Origin: Octopus bimaculoides
Taxonomy: Eukaryota
Direction: 5' to 3'
Length of the DNA: 64,000 bases
Assembly (NCBI RefSeq): GCF_001194135.2
Contig: NC_068987.1
Span: 4,977,564-5,041,563 of the forward strand
Shown here one piece after another: positions 12,887 to 24,092 of this stretch. The notes under the pieces were generated by a model. That model made no database searches, was not told the DNA's origin, and worked only from the letters and a program-made list of their open reading frames with translations. Both the position numbers and the translations under genes were made by a program. Each line of letters begins with the position of its first letter. Position 1 is the stretch's first letter.

Positions 12887-14730
12887 CCGTAAAAACCTAT
12901 GTAATTTGCGCACTTGTGTAATTTACACAGGTGATAAAACAACACTTATGATTCTGCCAATTTGAGGACATGTAGAGACATCTTGCTAAAGAGAAGATAC
13001 AAGGCTACCCGAAATTACATAAGAATGGGTGGAAGTAGCCTGGAAGATGAGATAAGATGGCAGTGGTGCCAGAGCAAACCCATGTTATTGTATTATTAAA
13101 AACTACATATTAAAACAGAACTTACAGCAAGGAAAGAAGCAACTTGAGAATCAATATCTGAACTCTTTGATACACTCTCTGGTGTTTCAGTGGAGCCAGG
13201 AACTGTTTTTGAATCCGCAGATGTGGTAGAATTTTCCTTCAGAGGGACATTTGCTTTCTGGGATTGTGTTGTCGATGTAGTTACCATTTCTGTAGTCACA
13301 TTACTTGAAGTACTTAGAGACGGGGAGGTCTCTTTTTGGAAAGCAATAAACTCCCGATTGTACGAAGGTGCAGCAGTTTCTTTCTGATAAGCATTGAATT
13401 CCCGGCGAAAGATATCTGATGGAGTCTCTACTTTGGTTCCAACTATTCCAAGCATTTCAGCATGAAGATTATCTTTCGCGTCATTCCCAGAATTGACATC
13501 ATCTCCTAAAAAAGAATATTTACAGAATATTTTTACTTATGGTATAAAAGGAAAAATGAATATTGTAATGCAGTTAATTTGGGGTTCCTCTTCCTTCATT
13601 GTTATACACTATAATGGGTTCCAAAGATATTTTTTCAGATTTGAACATTTACATCTTTTTGTGTCTAGGGACCTAGTTGCAGAAAAAAAAAAAACTTACC
13701 ATTTCGGTTTAAGGTAGAATCATTTTCACCTTTGTCTGATTCTTCCTCAGACTCCGAGTCAGAACCAGTATAATCACAGACAAGTGAAAGACTACCTGCA
13801 AAAGATGAAGATGCATAGATATTTATTTCACCAAAAATCATAAAAAGATGCGGCACAGGATTTTGTCAGTTTCAAAGAGACAAAAATATTTTGACAAATT
13901 AAATTTAAATATTGAAGTGAATCTAACGGTTTTTGCATGTTTTTAAATGGCTTATAAACACCTTCCATGCTGCAACTGGTTTTGTTTCAGCACACATTCT
14001 CAGATCAAGTCACTTGCTATGCAAGTAACATAAAAACATTTTATTGAAACAAATATATTACTACTAATTATTTATGTTGATATATTCAGTTTATTGTATG
14101 CGTGTAGGACATATAACCTCTGAGTATGTGTGCACCTGTAGCATTTATAAACTTATAACAAAGTGACAACTTCAGAAAAAAACATGCTTCCTCTCTCAGC
14201 TGAGATGGCATTGTCTTGCGCGCTTGTGTTTGCAAGAAGAAAAAGCACAGGTGCTGATGCCATGTAAAAAGCACCTAGTACCTGCTGTAAAGTGGTTGGT
14301 GTCAGGAACAGCGTCCAGCCATAGAAACCATGCCTGGTGCAACCCTCTGGCTTGCCAGCTCCCGTCAAACTGTCCAGCCAATGCCAGCTTGGAAAACAGA
14401 CATGAAATGATGATGACAATCACACACACACACACAATGGCCATTTCCTTGTTGAGTAAGGCCATCACTAGAAACATTTCTGAATTGCGCTTATGTCCGA
14501 GCAGCACAGGTGTGACTTTTCAGCCAGCAAGTGACCTACACTTTTTGGCACAGCAGATGTAACATACATGATTGCTCCCAACAACAGGAGTCACTCACTG
14601 ATCATCAAGGACTTTCACATGTCATCAGCCCCCCCCTCCCCCAGCTGATAGGCAAACCATGCCACATTCACGTCATTCTGCTGTGTATGACACAATCTAA
14701 GTCAGCTCTGTACATGGCTTCTTTTTTTAT

Positions 14731-14761
<31 letters not shown>

Positions 14762-16319
14762 TTAACCCTTTGGCATTCAGATTTCTGTCAAATGTCATGC
14801 TCATTTATTTGTATTGATAAAAATTAGTCATGCATAACTTTGTAGCTTTGAGATTTCAATGTGATTGTTTATTTTTAGAATGATATTGTTAGGTAAACGT
14901 GGGGATAATCCTGCTAGATTGTTTTAGCCGGACATGGACAGTTTAAATGCTAAAGAGCTAATATCTACATATATTTGTGGATATGTACGCACACATCAAA
15001 TTATTTTGAAAAACAGTAACTAAAATGCAACAGTCTTTTTAATAAGACAGTGGCCTAGTGACAACTGTATTAGAAGTTAATACAACTGACATAAGTATTA
15101 TTTCAATTTCTTATAGATTTTATACATATTGAACTGCATATTTTCACATAGTATGTCCTGTTCTGAAATTATCTATGTAGTCTTAGCCTTTAGATAAGGA
15201 AAATAAACATGAAATTGCCAAAAAAACAAACTACGGCACTTACTTTTAACAACATTTTTGCTTTCAATAAATATATCATCAGGTCGATAACAACCTGTTT
15301 GAGCTGCAACAAGAAAATAAGAGCAATAAAATATTTAAAAAGACAACAAAGCACTACGTAACTTGTATTCCTATTAAGAGGACAAGCAAATCATATAAAC
15401 GAGGTCAGTACATCTCTTCATTTGCTTTCATTCATTAAGTGTCATCTGCTCTCAGAAGGTTGAATATCAAGGACCTCCATTTGGGCTTTTCTGTCATTCT
15501 TACACATTGCCCGTATGATAGTGTAGTCCAGTCCTTCATATTATCAAACCAGTTCGTTCTAAGTGTTTGTCATTTATCTTTCCTTCCAGTAACAGTCTTT
15601 TGTATAACTTGTGCTCTTACTATGTGACCAAGAGCTGGGAGTACTGATCATTTTATATTTATTAGTTGTAGTGTGTATTAGCTCCACGTGACAAGCACCC
15701 GTGCCAGCGCCGCATGGCAACCACCTGTGCTGACACCGCACGGAACCACCAGTGCCGACACCGCACAGAACCACCAGTGCCGACGCCGCACGGCAACCAC
15801 CTGTGTGAGGAAGTGCCACTCCCTTACTGTGATGTCAGCATGGAAAACAGATGTTAAACAATGCTGATGATGTCAGAGCCAAAAGGTTTGCCATTGATGG
15901 GAACAGACCAGTGCTCCACAACCTTTTTACCCTTGCGGTACACTTATATTCTTTTCAAAACTCAGCAGCATACCTGAACTAAAAATATAACTAAATATAT
16001 AGGGAAAAAAATTACATTCAGGTTACACTGTGGCACATCTAGCATCATCTCGTGGCACACCAGTTATGGAGCACTGAAATAGAACACACTGCAGCATGCT
16101 TCCAGAATTCAGGACATATCTCCAAATAGGGAAGTAGATTAAAAACCAAAGAATAAGAATAAGATGACATTGTTATTGCCATCTTAACTGTTCCAAAATC
16201 TTCATCTCAGCTCTCCTTAAATTACAAAACAAAATCAACTTACTTAAATAGCTTGTTTTTGGAGCATTATCCAATTGAATTAGTTGCCTTCGGCGACCAG
16301 GCATTCCACGACGACCCAT
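4533..16319 (-). CDS. FNBP4: Formin-binding protein 4 (WW-domain protein), partial; coding exons 16319-16244, 13795-13700, 13505-13126, 12553-12328, 11724-11520, 11100-10416, 9191-8993, 8255-8160, 7138-7074, [missing exon], 4666-4533; 3' exons outside the window
   Basis: All listed exons have AG/GT ends and chain in phase. Peptides match FNBP4 hallmarks in order: MGRRGMPGRRRQLIQL, SLSLVCDYTGSDSESEEE, SDIDSQVASFLA|EIDAL, WW1 EWQQCHDESTQHYYYWNINSNEVTWEIP, ELELALERK, TRSSDWQAGGLSTSYFFERLQEANQQIIQFEKSGAPTGWSVCWDR. Confidence 0.92.
5251..5495 (-). mobile_element. Abundant SINE-like repeat with (GAT)n tail, young copy (near-identical to 46002-46250 and 49169-49316)
   Basis: CATCGTTTAACGTCCGCTTTCCATGCTAGCATGGGTTGGACG...CTACAGCTGGATGCCCTTCCTAACGCCAACC; more than 20 older copies elsewhere in the window. 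Confidence 0.85.
5700..6441. other. Assembly gap, 742 N (others: 34668-34677, 57734-58020, 59649-59658, 61214-61223)
   Basis: Runs of N. Confidence 0.99.
6725..6773. repeat. 19-bp tandem repeat x2.6
   Basis: ATATGGACCCTTCAGGGTC; GACCC/GGGTC stem in each unit. Confidence 0.9.
7074..7138 (-). CDS. FNBP4: FNBP4 exon (LNYKSHSEESSKSQESNEKLK)
   Basis: ttccAG / GTAAAA; 65 nt, phase 1-0. Confidence 0.75.
8160..8255 (-). CDS. FNBP4: FNBP4 Ser/Lys-rich exon (SSSSKRSESSKKRSSHKDH...)
   Basis: ctctAG / GTCAGT; 96 nt, phase 1-1; boundaries chosen by phase fit. Confidence 0.75.
8993..9191 (-). CDS. FNBP4: FNBP4 exon (NELRRLEEEEKQ...KEKK)
   Basis: tattAG / GTAGGT; 199 nt, phase 0-1; resembles the AELRALEEG motif. 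Confidence 0.88.
10416..11100 (-). CDS. FNBP4: FNBP4 large acidic/Ser-Thr-rich exon ending ELELALERK(V)
   Basis: tttcAG / GTAAGT; 685 nt open (ORF 10176..11141), phase 2-0. Confidence 0.9.
11520..11724 (-). CDS. FNBP4: FNBP4 exon encoding WW domain 1
   Basis: ttccAG / GTAGTT; 205 nt, phase 1-2; EWQQCHDESTQHYYYWNINSNEVTWEIPP is a canonical WW domain. Confidence 0.93.
11805..11846 (-). ncRNA. Minimal type-I hammerhead ribozyme motif (Penelope-like element remnant)
   Basis: Minus strand CAC-CUGAUGA-A-GGCU[12 nt]AGCU-GAAAC-GUU-GUG: intact core, stem II, palindromic AACGUU helix III, stem I CAC/GUG. Confidence 0.75.
12328..12553 (-). CDS. FNBP4: FNBP4 exon (EIDALGEDAEVKNK...EEEPVVWPE)
   Basis: tttAG / GTAACT; 226 nt open, phase 0-1; EIDA continues the FLAEIDA motif. 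Confidence 0.9.
13126..13505 (-). CDS. FNBP4: FNBP4 exon (DDVNSGND...SDIDSQVASFLA)
   Basis: ttttAG / GTAAGT; 380 nt open, phase 1-0; overlaps ORF 13096..13455. Confidence 0.9.
13700..13795 (-). CDS. FNBP4: FNBP4 exon (SLSLVCDYTGSDSESEEESDKGENDSTLNRN)
   Basis: ttgcAG / GTAAGT; 96 nt, phase 1-1; resembles the LCLLGAYADSDDD motif of FNBP4. Confidence 0.9.
15440..15632 (-). mobile_element. RTE-clade LINE 3' remnant
   Basis: Frameshifted GHIVRA..LLEGKI...WFDNMKDWTTLSYGQCVRMTEKPKWRSLIFNLLRADDT*. Confidence 0.75.
16244..16319 (-). CDS. FNBP4: FNBP4 coding exon 1 (MGRRGMPGRRRQLIQLDNAPKTSYL)
   Basis: Acceptor tttcAG at 16334-16335, ATG at 16319-16317, donor GTAAGT at 16243; 76 nt, ends in phase 1. 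Confidence 0.88.
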
Positions 16320-16691
16320 GTTTTCAAAATTTTCTGAAACAAAACATAAAATTTTAGAAACTTTGAAAGGCAGGCAATAAATTGTTTTTAATAGCGGAAC
16401 TTTTTAAATCAAATACTTAAATGCTGTCATTTATAGCTTTATCTACTGAGTTCCACTGTTTAAAATGATCTAAGACAACAGATACATTTTTCTTTATGTT
16501 TTGCTAATCAGGCAAAGTAGCTAGCTCTAAAATCGCTATATGAGATACAAGTAGTAACAATACTAGACAGTAATGTCTTTGTTTTTTTGTCACACTAATA
16601 TGGCTGTTCTATAAAGAATTAGGTTACTACATTTTTACCCCAAGAAAACATCTTTCCCAGCTGGTTAACGACACACAACCTGTGTCCAATA

Positions 16692-16829
16692 CATTGTGAG
16701 TAAGGGAGCGAATCACTCCTCCTCCAGCTTGGCAAGACCAGTAGGCCATCGTTTCTGGGCCTTTAACCCTTCATTGGTACTGGACCCCTGCCTGCTAGAG
16801 ATGGCAGTCAATCGCTCCTACTCACATTA
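16692..16829 (-). mobile_element. ~140-bp inverted-repeat element containing a degenerate type-I hammerhead fold (16738-16783)
   Basis: Imperfect terminal inverted repeats ATTGTGAGTAAGGGAGCGA / TCGCTCCTACTCACATT with TA on both sides; internal CCAGUA-CCAAUGA-A-GGGUU[AAA]GGCCC-A-GAAAC[GAUG]GCC-UACUGG. Confidence 0.5.
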
Positions 16830-19552
16830 TATCAATAGAGAAGTGGCAGACAATCACTGGTCTCATAACAAGTGAAATAGTTCTAAAACCTCGAAAAGAG
16901 ATACAAGTAGTAAAACTAACACCCACAACTCATACATTAGAGAGCAACTTTCCATCAAAAGTTTAACTCTTTAAGCATGGAGACTTCTCTCGCAAATGTA
17001 ATGCTCATTATTCCCATTGTTTTGAATTAACGAGGCATAATCTCATAGCTTCAAGAATCTGATGATACAAATGTTCATTTTTAGAATGGCAATGTAAGGT
17101 AAGTGCAAGAAGCCAGATCTGGCAGATGTAGACATAAAACGGGTAGAATATACGCCTGGATACGGCTGGTTTAAATGCTAGAGTTTCATCAAAATTCATT
17201 GCATTCCTTAATATAATTTCTTTGCCCATACCTGCATGGGTTAGAAAGAATTTACTGAAGCATCTTTCCTACTAATGGATGCTCTTCCTGTCATCAACCC
17301 TCAACCATTTCCAACCAAATAAGATCATATTTTACCATAACCAGACACAGAAGATTGGATAATAAGAATCTCTCTTGTATATAACAATGATACTCATTTA
17401 CAACCGTCAAGCCATTTCTAGACCACACACACATACGTGATAGGCTTCTTTCAGTTTCTATCTACCAAATCAACTCTCAAGGCTTTGGTCAGTAAAAAGC
17501 TGCAATAGAAGACACTTGCTGAAGGTGCAACACAGTGGGACTGAACCCAAGACCACATGATTGGAATCAAGCCTCTAAACGACTCAGTCAAGCCTATGCC
17601 TATAACTAAATATATATTAATATAGGACTAATAATCACATACATGTATTTTGTGCTGATTTATATAATTTTCCCATACAGTCATTGTTAACTGTAACCAC
17701 CAGATGTTTAAGTACAGTTCTCTTTACAAATGCTGTTATCAACAAAAGAAAGTATACATGGTCCCGACAGTAGTGAGTTTGAATAGGATCAATTCTGTTA
17801 AATATTTCAGTTATTACGCTCATATGCTCTTTCTACGGATTTTAACAGAATTCCTTGATATGTTCTATTGTGTGTTGTGTAAGAACCCTATAAAGCACAA
17901 AGGATTTTTCACACAAAATAGGTTAACATGAGAAAACAAAAAATACTTCAGAACAAACTAGCATAATAAGGAAGTCATGAAAGAAACATATTCTGCTGGG
18001 TTTTTAAAATTTTTTTATTGTTTTGCTCCACAGCCACCTCAAGGCAACCTCTGCTGTCTTTGATGCCAAGAATGCTGGAAGCTCTGCAGAGGAATTGGCT
18101 TGCAAACCCTCTGCATCCCATCTCGTTAATTGTAATTACTCATTTCAACAAGGAAGAAGAAAACTTCATGTTGCAGCCATCACCTTCTAGTACATTTTGA
18201 AGTGTTTTTACTTCCTGCTTGTGAAGAGCTACACTATTCAGTGGGGAGGGTGAATACTTGTGTCTGAGGAATGTTACTACAGCTGGATGTCCTTCCTAAC
18301 GCCAAACACTGCGAGTGTAGTGGATGCTATTTATGTGCCACCAGCACAGAAACCAGTTAGGTGGCCCTGGCATCAATCATGTTTGGATAGTGCTTTATAT
18401 GTGCCACCAGCACGAGAGCCAGTCAGTGGGGGCACTGGCATCGATCACGTTTGAATAGTGCTTTTTACATGCCACCAGCACGGGAGCCAGTCAGGTGAAA
18501 TTGCAATAAACGTTTTAACTATGCAAAGATTTTTTTAAATTAATCCTCATTAAAAGGGATTTAGGATAGATTATTATGAAATCTAACAATTTTTTTTTTT
18601 TTATATTTACTTGTGTCATTGGACTGTGGCCACGCTGGAGCACCACCTTGGAGGTGGTTTAGATGACCAAGATATTTTTTAAGTCTAGTACACATACTTA
18701 TATCTATATACATTTATAAATATGCACTTTCTCTCCATAACTATAAGAAATCAACTTTCACAAATATAAATATCTTTAATACATAAGACTGCTGAGGAGC
18801 CACAGATTAGTCATTCAATGAGCTAGAACGAGCAAATTTGCCTCCAGCCATACTGTACTATCTGTAAAAAAAAAAAAAAAAAAAAAAGGATAGGCTGGAC
18901 AATGCAATAATACATATACAAAAAGGCAGGATGGTCATAAATGAAATATCTCTGATCATTCATCTGACCAATGAGGACTGCTATGGGCTAAACAACAACA
19001 ACAAAACAAAGATATGATGAGAAAATAATATATACTATCCAATCACCGAGATTAAGATTTACAATGGGATTATTATGGTGTTGTGGTATATACTACAATA
19101 TGCAATGAATTGATTATAAAAAGTCATTTCAGAAAGAAAATCAATAACTAGCCGAAGGAAAAGATATACTGTTTTAATCAATGGATAATAAAATGTTAAC
19201 GAATTAGCTGAATAATTTTAGACTTAGTTTTTACAGTCTGTTTTATTGCAGTTATCATCATCATCATTTAAGATCTGTTTTCCAAACTGGTATGGGTTGG
19301 ACAGTTGGACCAGAACTAGAAAGTTTCTCCAGAACTAGGAGAAATACACCATGTTCCAATCGTCTGTTTTGGCATGGTTTCTACAGTTGGGTGCCTGGGT
19401 GTGTACTGGGTGCTTTTTACATGGCATCGATACAGGTGCTTTTATGAAAGAGAAATTACAATAATGTGCTGAAAGCATTTGTCAGTTAAATGCTTTTGAT
19501 AACAAGTTAATCTGCATCTGGTGTTACAATATTACAGATTATTAACAACCTG

Positions 19553-19935
19553 TGGAGGCACAATGGCCCAATGGTTAGGGCAGCGGATTTGCAGCCATAG
19601 GATCGTGGTTTCAATTTCCAGACCGGGCGCTGTGAGTGTTTATTGAGCAAAAACACCTAAAGCTCTACGAGGCTCCGGCAGGGGATGGTGGCGAACCCTG
19701 CTGTACTCTTCCACCACAACTTTCTCTCACTCTTACTTCCTGTTTCTGTTGTGCCTGTAATTCAAAGGGTCAGCCTTGTCACACTCTGTCACGCTGAATA
19801 TCCCTGAGAACTACGTTAAGGGTACACGTGTCTGTGGAGTGCTCAGCCACTTGCATGTTAATTTCACGAGCAGACTGTTCCGTTGATTGGATCAACTGGA
19901 ACCCTCGACGTCGTAAGCAACAGAGTGCCAACAAC
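19553..19935 (+). mobile_element. tRNA-derived SINE, near full length
   Basis: A-box TGGCCCAATGG, B-box-like GGTTTCAATTTCC, A-rich tail; 3' half recurs at ~55490-55570 and ~55745-55870. Confidence 0.8.
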
Positions 19936-21756
19936 AAAAATAAACCTAAGTGCTCAAATCATTGCACATAATGTGCTGAATTGGTGTATAGTAATAATGA
20001 AGCGACACTTTCTTTGTAACTGCTACATCATTATCGTTTAATATCAACTTTTCAATGCTTGCATGGGTCAGACAGAATTTGAGGAGACAGATCATCTATG
20101 GCTGGATGCCCTTCCTGTTGCCAACCAAGGTAATATTTTCTCATTGACACATTCTTCACAGAAGACTGGAAACAAACACCACCACTAGTACGATGATCAT
20201 TCACAACCATCACATATCAGGACAAAGGTACACACATGGGTGTGTGTGTGTGTGTGTGTGTGTATATATCGTTCATCATCATCGTTTAACATCCAGTTTC
20301 TATGCTGGCATGGGTTGGACAGTTTGACTGAAAACTGGTAAGCTGGGGGTTGCATCTGTTTCCAATCTGATTTGGCAAGATTTCTACAGCTGGATGCCAA
20401 CCACTCAGAGTGTAGTGGGTACTTTTTATGTGCCACCAACACAGGTGCCATTCACCTGACACTGGCGCCGGCCACAACTACAGTCTCACTTGACAGGTCA
20501 ACACAAACACAGTTTATCGCCAATGGTCTTGGTCACCTGTCACTGCCTCCATGTGGCCCAATGCTCAAATGGTGCTTTTTATGTGCCATCGGCATAGGTG
20601 CCAGTTGTGATTTCATTTGGTTCAACAGGTCTTCACAAGCACAGCATATCGCCCAACAATTGAAAGGTGCTTTTACTGGATTGGTTACACGACACTAGCA
20701 TAGCCCCCACTCCACTTCGGTAATGAATGGAATTCTTTAAGTTGTGCCTTTCCACTTATGAATCCACTTCCAAGGCTTTGGTCAGACAAGAACGGCAGAA
20801 GATACTTGCTCAAGGTGCTGTGCAGTGGAACTGAACCCAAGACCTCATGTTTGGGAAGCAAACTACACAGCCACATCTGCATATCATGCTTAGGATAAAA
20901 CTAATGACTTCTAACAGACACAAAGCCAGAAATTTGTGAAGCTGGGGGTGAGGGTAGTTGGTTAAATTGGCTCCTGTGTTTGACTAGCACCTTATCAACC
21001 TGGGAGGGGATAAAAAACAATGTTGACCTTGGCAGGATTTGAACTCAGAACATAAAGAGGTGAGACAAATACTGCAAATATCACTAACAAGTTTGCCAAT
21101 TCACGGTTTTTGGCTTAGTTAATAATAAATGAAGAAATTTGAGAAGATATTGTTACAGTAGAAATATGAAACTGCTGCTATGAATAAACACCATTTCACA
21201 CAGGAAATGCACACACACACACACACACATATCTATATCAGTTATTTATGTAACTTGTGAAGACAAAAAGGGCCACAGCTTGCAACGTTATTAAAACATT
21301 TCTTGTCAAACTTATTATCTAAACAGTGTCAAAACTGATGCTAATTAATACTGACTTTGCTGAAGTGTAGTTTTAACCCTTTTGTTACTATATCTCTGTG
21401 GAAATACACTGCCTTTGTTTTAATTAATGTTGAAAATAATGAAGAATTTTGTAGAATAACAGTCATTAATGAAGCTGGGGGAAGGGGTAAGGCAGCAAGC
21501 TGGTAGAAATAAGCTTGCTAGGTAAAGTTCAAAATTTTTTTGCTATTATTTATTCACCATTACACATGTTTCATTTGCTAATAGCAATTACAAAATTGTA
21601 CATATTTATCCAATATGTACAATTTTATGATTCCTATTAGCAAATGAAACAAGTGTAATGGTGAATAAATATTACCAAAAAATTTTCCAGATTCCCGTTT
21701 TGTTATTTATTAATTCTGCAAACAATATTTCCAGAACTTTCAACTCTAATCCGTAC

Positions 21757-21840
21757 CTCACATCAAAACAACAACGAAAGCAACTACATAGCGAATTGTA
21801 ATACTGGAATAAGCAGATGTGCTCGAAGCGGACACAGCTT
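21757..21840 (-). other. Candidate non-coding first exon of FNBP4
   Basis: Strong donor TGAG|GTACGG at 21756 in repeat-free, CpG-containing sequence about 5.4 kb upstream of the ATG exon, which begins with an acceptor and so needs an upstream exon. The 5' end is a guess. Confidence 0.4.
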
Positions 21841-22068
21841 GGATCCCCCCCCCTATCTACATAACACACACACACACACACGCAGAAAAACGGGCTTCCA
21901 CACAGTTTCCGTGTACCAAACTCGCTCATAAAACATCGGTCGGCCCGAGGCTACAGAAGGCCCCCCCCCCCCAGCTGCTGGACGGACGGACGGACAAACA
22001 TACACACAATTATTGGCAAGAAGACCTATACCCCAAGAAGTTTCTATACCCCTTAAGAGAGACTTATT

Positions 22069-22291
22069 GGTACTACTAAAGCAGCACGGTCCCGAACGCG
22101 CAATCGCGCTAGCTAGTCGTGAGTGGTCGATCCTAGCCCTGACTCTGTCCCTAACCCTAAACACGTATTCATTTGCACACGCGGGTTAGGGATAGGGTTA
22201 GGGATAGGGACAGGGCTAGGATCGACCACTCACGACTAGCTAGCGCGGACGCGCGACTGCGCGCTCGGGACCGTGCTGCTTTAGTAGTACC
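22069..22291. mobile_element. 223-bp palindromic MITE, probably Merlin-type
   Basis: Perfect 8-bp TSD GACTTATT (22061-22068, 22292-22299); first 27 bp of TIR perfect (GGTACTACTAAAGCAGCACGGTCCCGA), imperfect to about 90 bp; 5'-GG ends with an 8-bp TSD fit Merlin/IS1016. Confidence 0.85.
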
Positions 22292-22347
22292 GACTTATTT
22301 TGATATACACTATATTAAACCTCCGAATATGTATCATTTGTCCACTA

Positions 22348-22381
<34 letters not shown>

Positions 22382-23922
22382 GCTCCTTGTCGAATTATTG
22401 GTCTATGAAAAATGTTCGTCTTGGTAAATTACTTTGCCACATAAATATTCACACGTAGCCATTAATGTGAAGTGAAAATAAAAATACAAAAAAAGCTCTC
22501 ACGCCATCGTTTGGAATGGAAAGAGTTAATAAAGAATATTTTAGGAAGAATAAGTAAAGGTTTAAATAAAAACAAATGATAAATTAACCGATTTATTAAA
22601 TAATTCAATATTACACATATCAAATCACATAAATGCCAGACTATTTAGTAGTAACGGCTTGCTTAAATTATTGACAGTACATCGGTTGTTAGTTAATCTT
22701 GTAGTCCACCATGACAGACAGGGGGAGGGCATTCATAGAATGATTTGTAAATAAAGAATCACAAAATAAAATACTTCCAGGAATGAGTAAAGAATAATGA
22801 GACTGAAATACATTTTTTTTTTAAGAACATAGAAATGCCCGATCCTTTTTAAGTTTTCATTTGTCACGATCAGAAACTCACTCAACCTTCATGTTTGGCA
22901 TACATGAATGAAGATGTAAGGAATGCAAAGACTTGGCATTATTTTGTTATTGAGTTCAAATACTGCCGAGGAGAACTTTCATCCTTTCAGGGGTTAATAA
23001 AAATAAAGTACCAACATGTGAAAGTACTAGATTTGCCCCATGTCCTCTCGAAATTCTTGGCTTTGGGCCAAAATAAGAATAATTTCATTATTTCGAGAAA
23101 GAAGAAAAAAAAAAACATTGAACCAAATAATGCTGAAATTTATAACACATCCCTTTTAAGATACGCTTATTTCAAATATGTTGAGGTTTTACCTATATGA
23201 AAAAAACAAAATATTTGAAATAAGACATATGGCAGGAAGAAGGAATACAAATATTTTATTGTAAAATAATGATTGGTTTCTTAATCATATTCCTGTCCAT
23301 GTATAATGACTCACGAAGAACGAATCTAATAATTGACCAGGCGGAATTTGAACTTAGGTATCAAATTATGGTAAATAATGCTCTTATGTATTAGGTACAA
23401 AAAAATAAAAGGATTTTTGAAGTTCATGCAATTTTCTTTTTCTTTCTAGAAGTAGAACAAACAACGTGGAAATGATTAATAAAGAAAGAAGATAGGTTAA
23501 TGTCTAAAGATAATATCAGAATCCGGTCGACAAAATCAATAAGACCGAGATTTATCCAACGGGGATGGATTTAATCAGGAATTTCAGGCGACATAAGCCA
23601 CAGATGACCGGATTTTCTGTTTCTTATTAGTGGTTTGTTGTGTTCTGTAGCGAATTTTCATTCACACACACACACAAACATAGGTGAAGTATTTCATTTA
23701 GCTTATATTAAATAATTATAAATAATTTTACCTTACGTGAAATAAACCTTTATTTTCACCTAAGGTAAAACGATTTAAAATACTACACCTGCTTTTTGTC
23801 TTTTAATTAAAAAAATATATATATTGTTTTAATATTACTGAGCATTTCCACTCATATATATGTGTGTGTATATATGTGTATATGTGTGTGTGTGTGTATA
23901 TAGATATGTGTGTGTGTATATA

Positions 23923-23954
<32 letters not shown>

Positions 23955-24018
23955 CTAATATATACTTTTGTTATTTACACCACCTGTCCTCGTCTGTTGT
24001 TATTATTTGTATATTCTC

Positions 24019-24020
<2 letters not shown>

Positions 24021-24088
<68 letters not shown>
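24021..24088. repeat. (TA)n microsatellite
   Basis: Directly visible. Confidence 0.95.

Positions 24089-24092
<4 letters not shown>

Noticed and set aside
14610-14640. Other CTGATGA matches (also near 4653, 8194, 15280, 27693, 38980, 42256, 60343)
   Set aside because: No credible stem II followed by GAAA and a closing stem I.
19553-19640. tRNA-like heads (also 25528, 55580, 59431) as tRNA genes
   Set aside because: No complete cloverleaf or terminator; they continue into SINE bodies.
22130-22215. TTAGGG-like repeats as a true or interstitial telomere
   Set aside because: Only a few degenerate units, in inverted orientation, enclosed by TIRs and a TSD; explained by the MITE.
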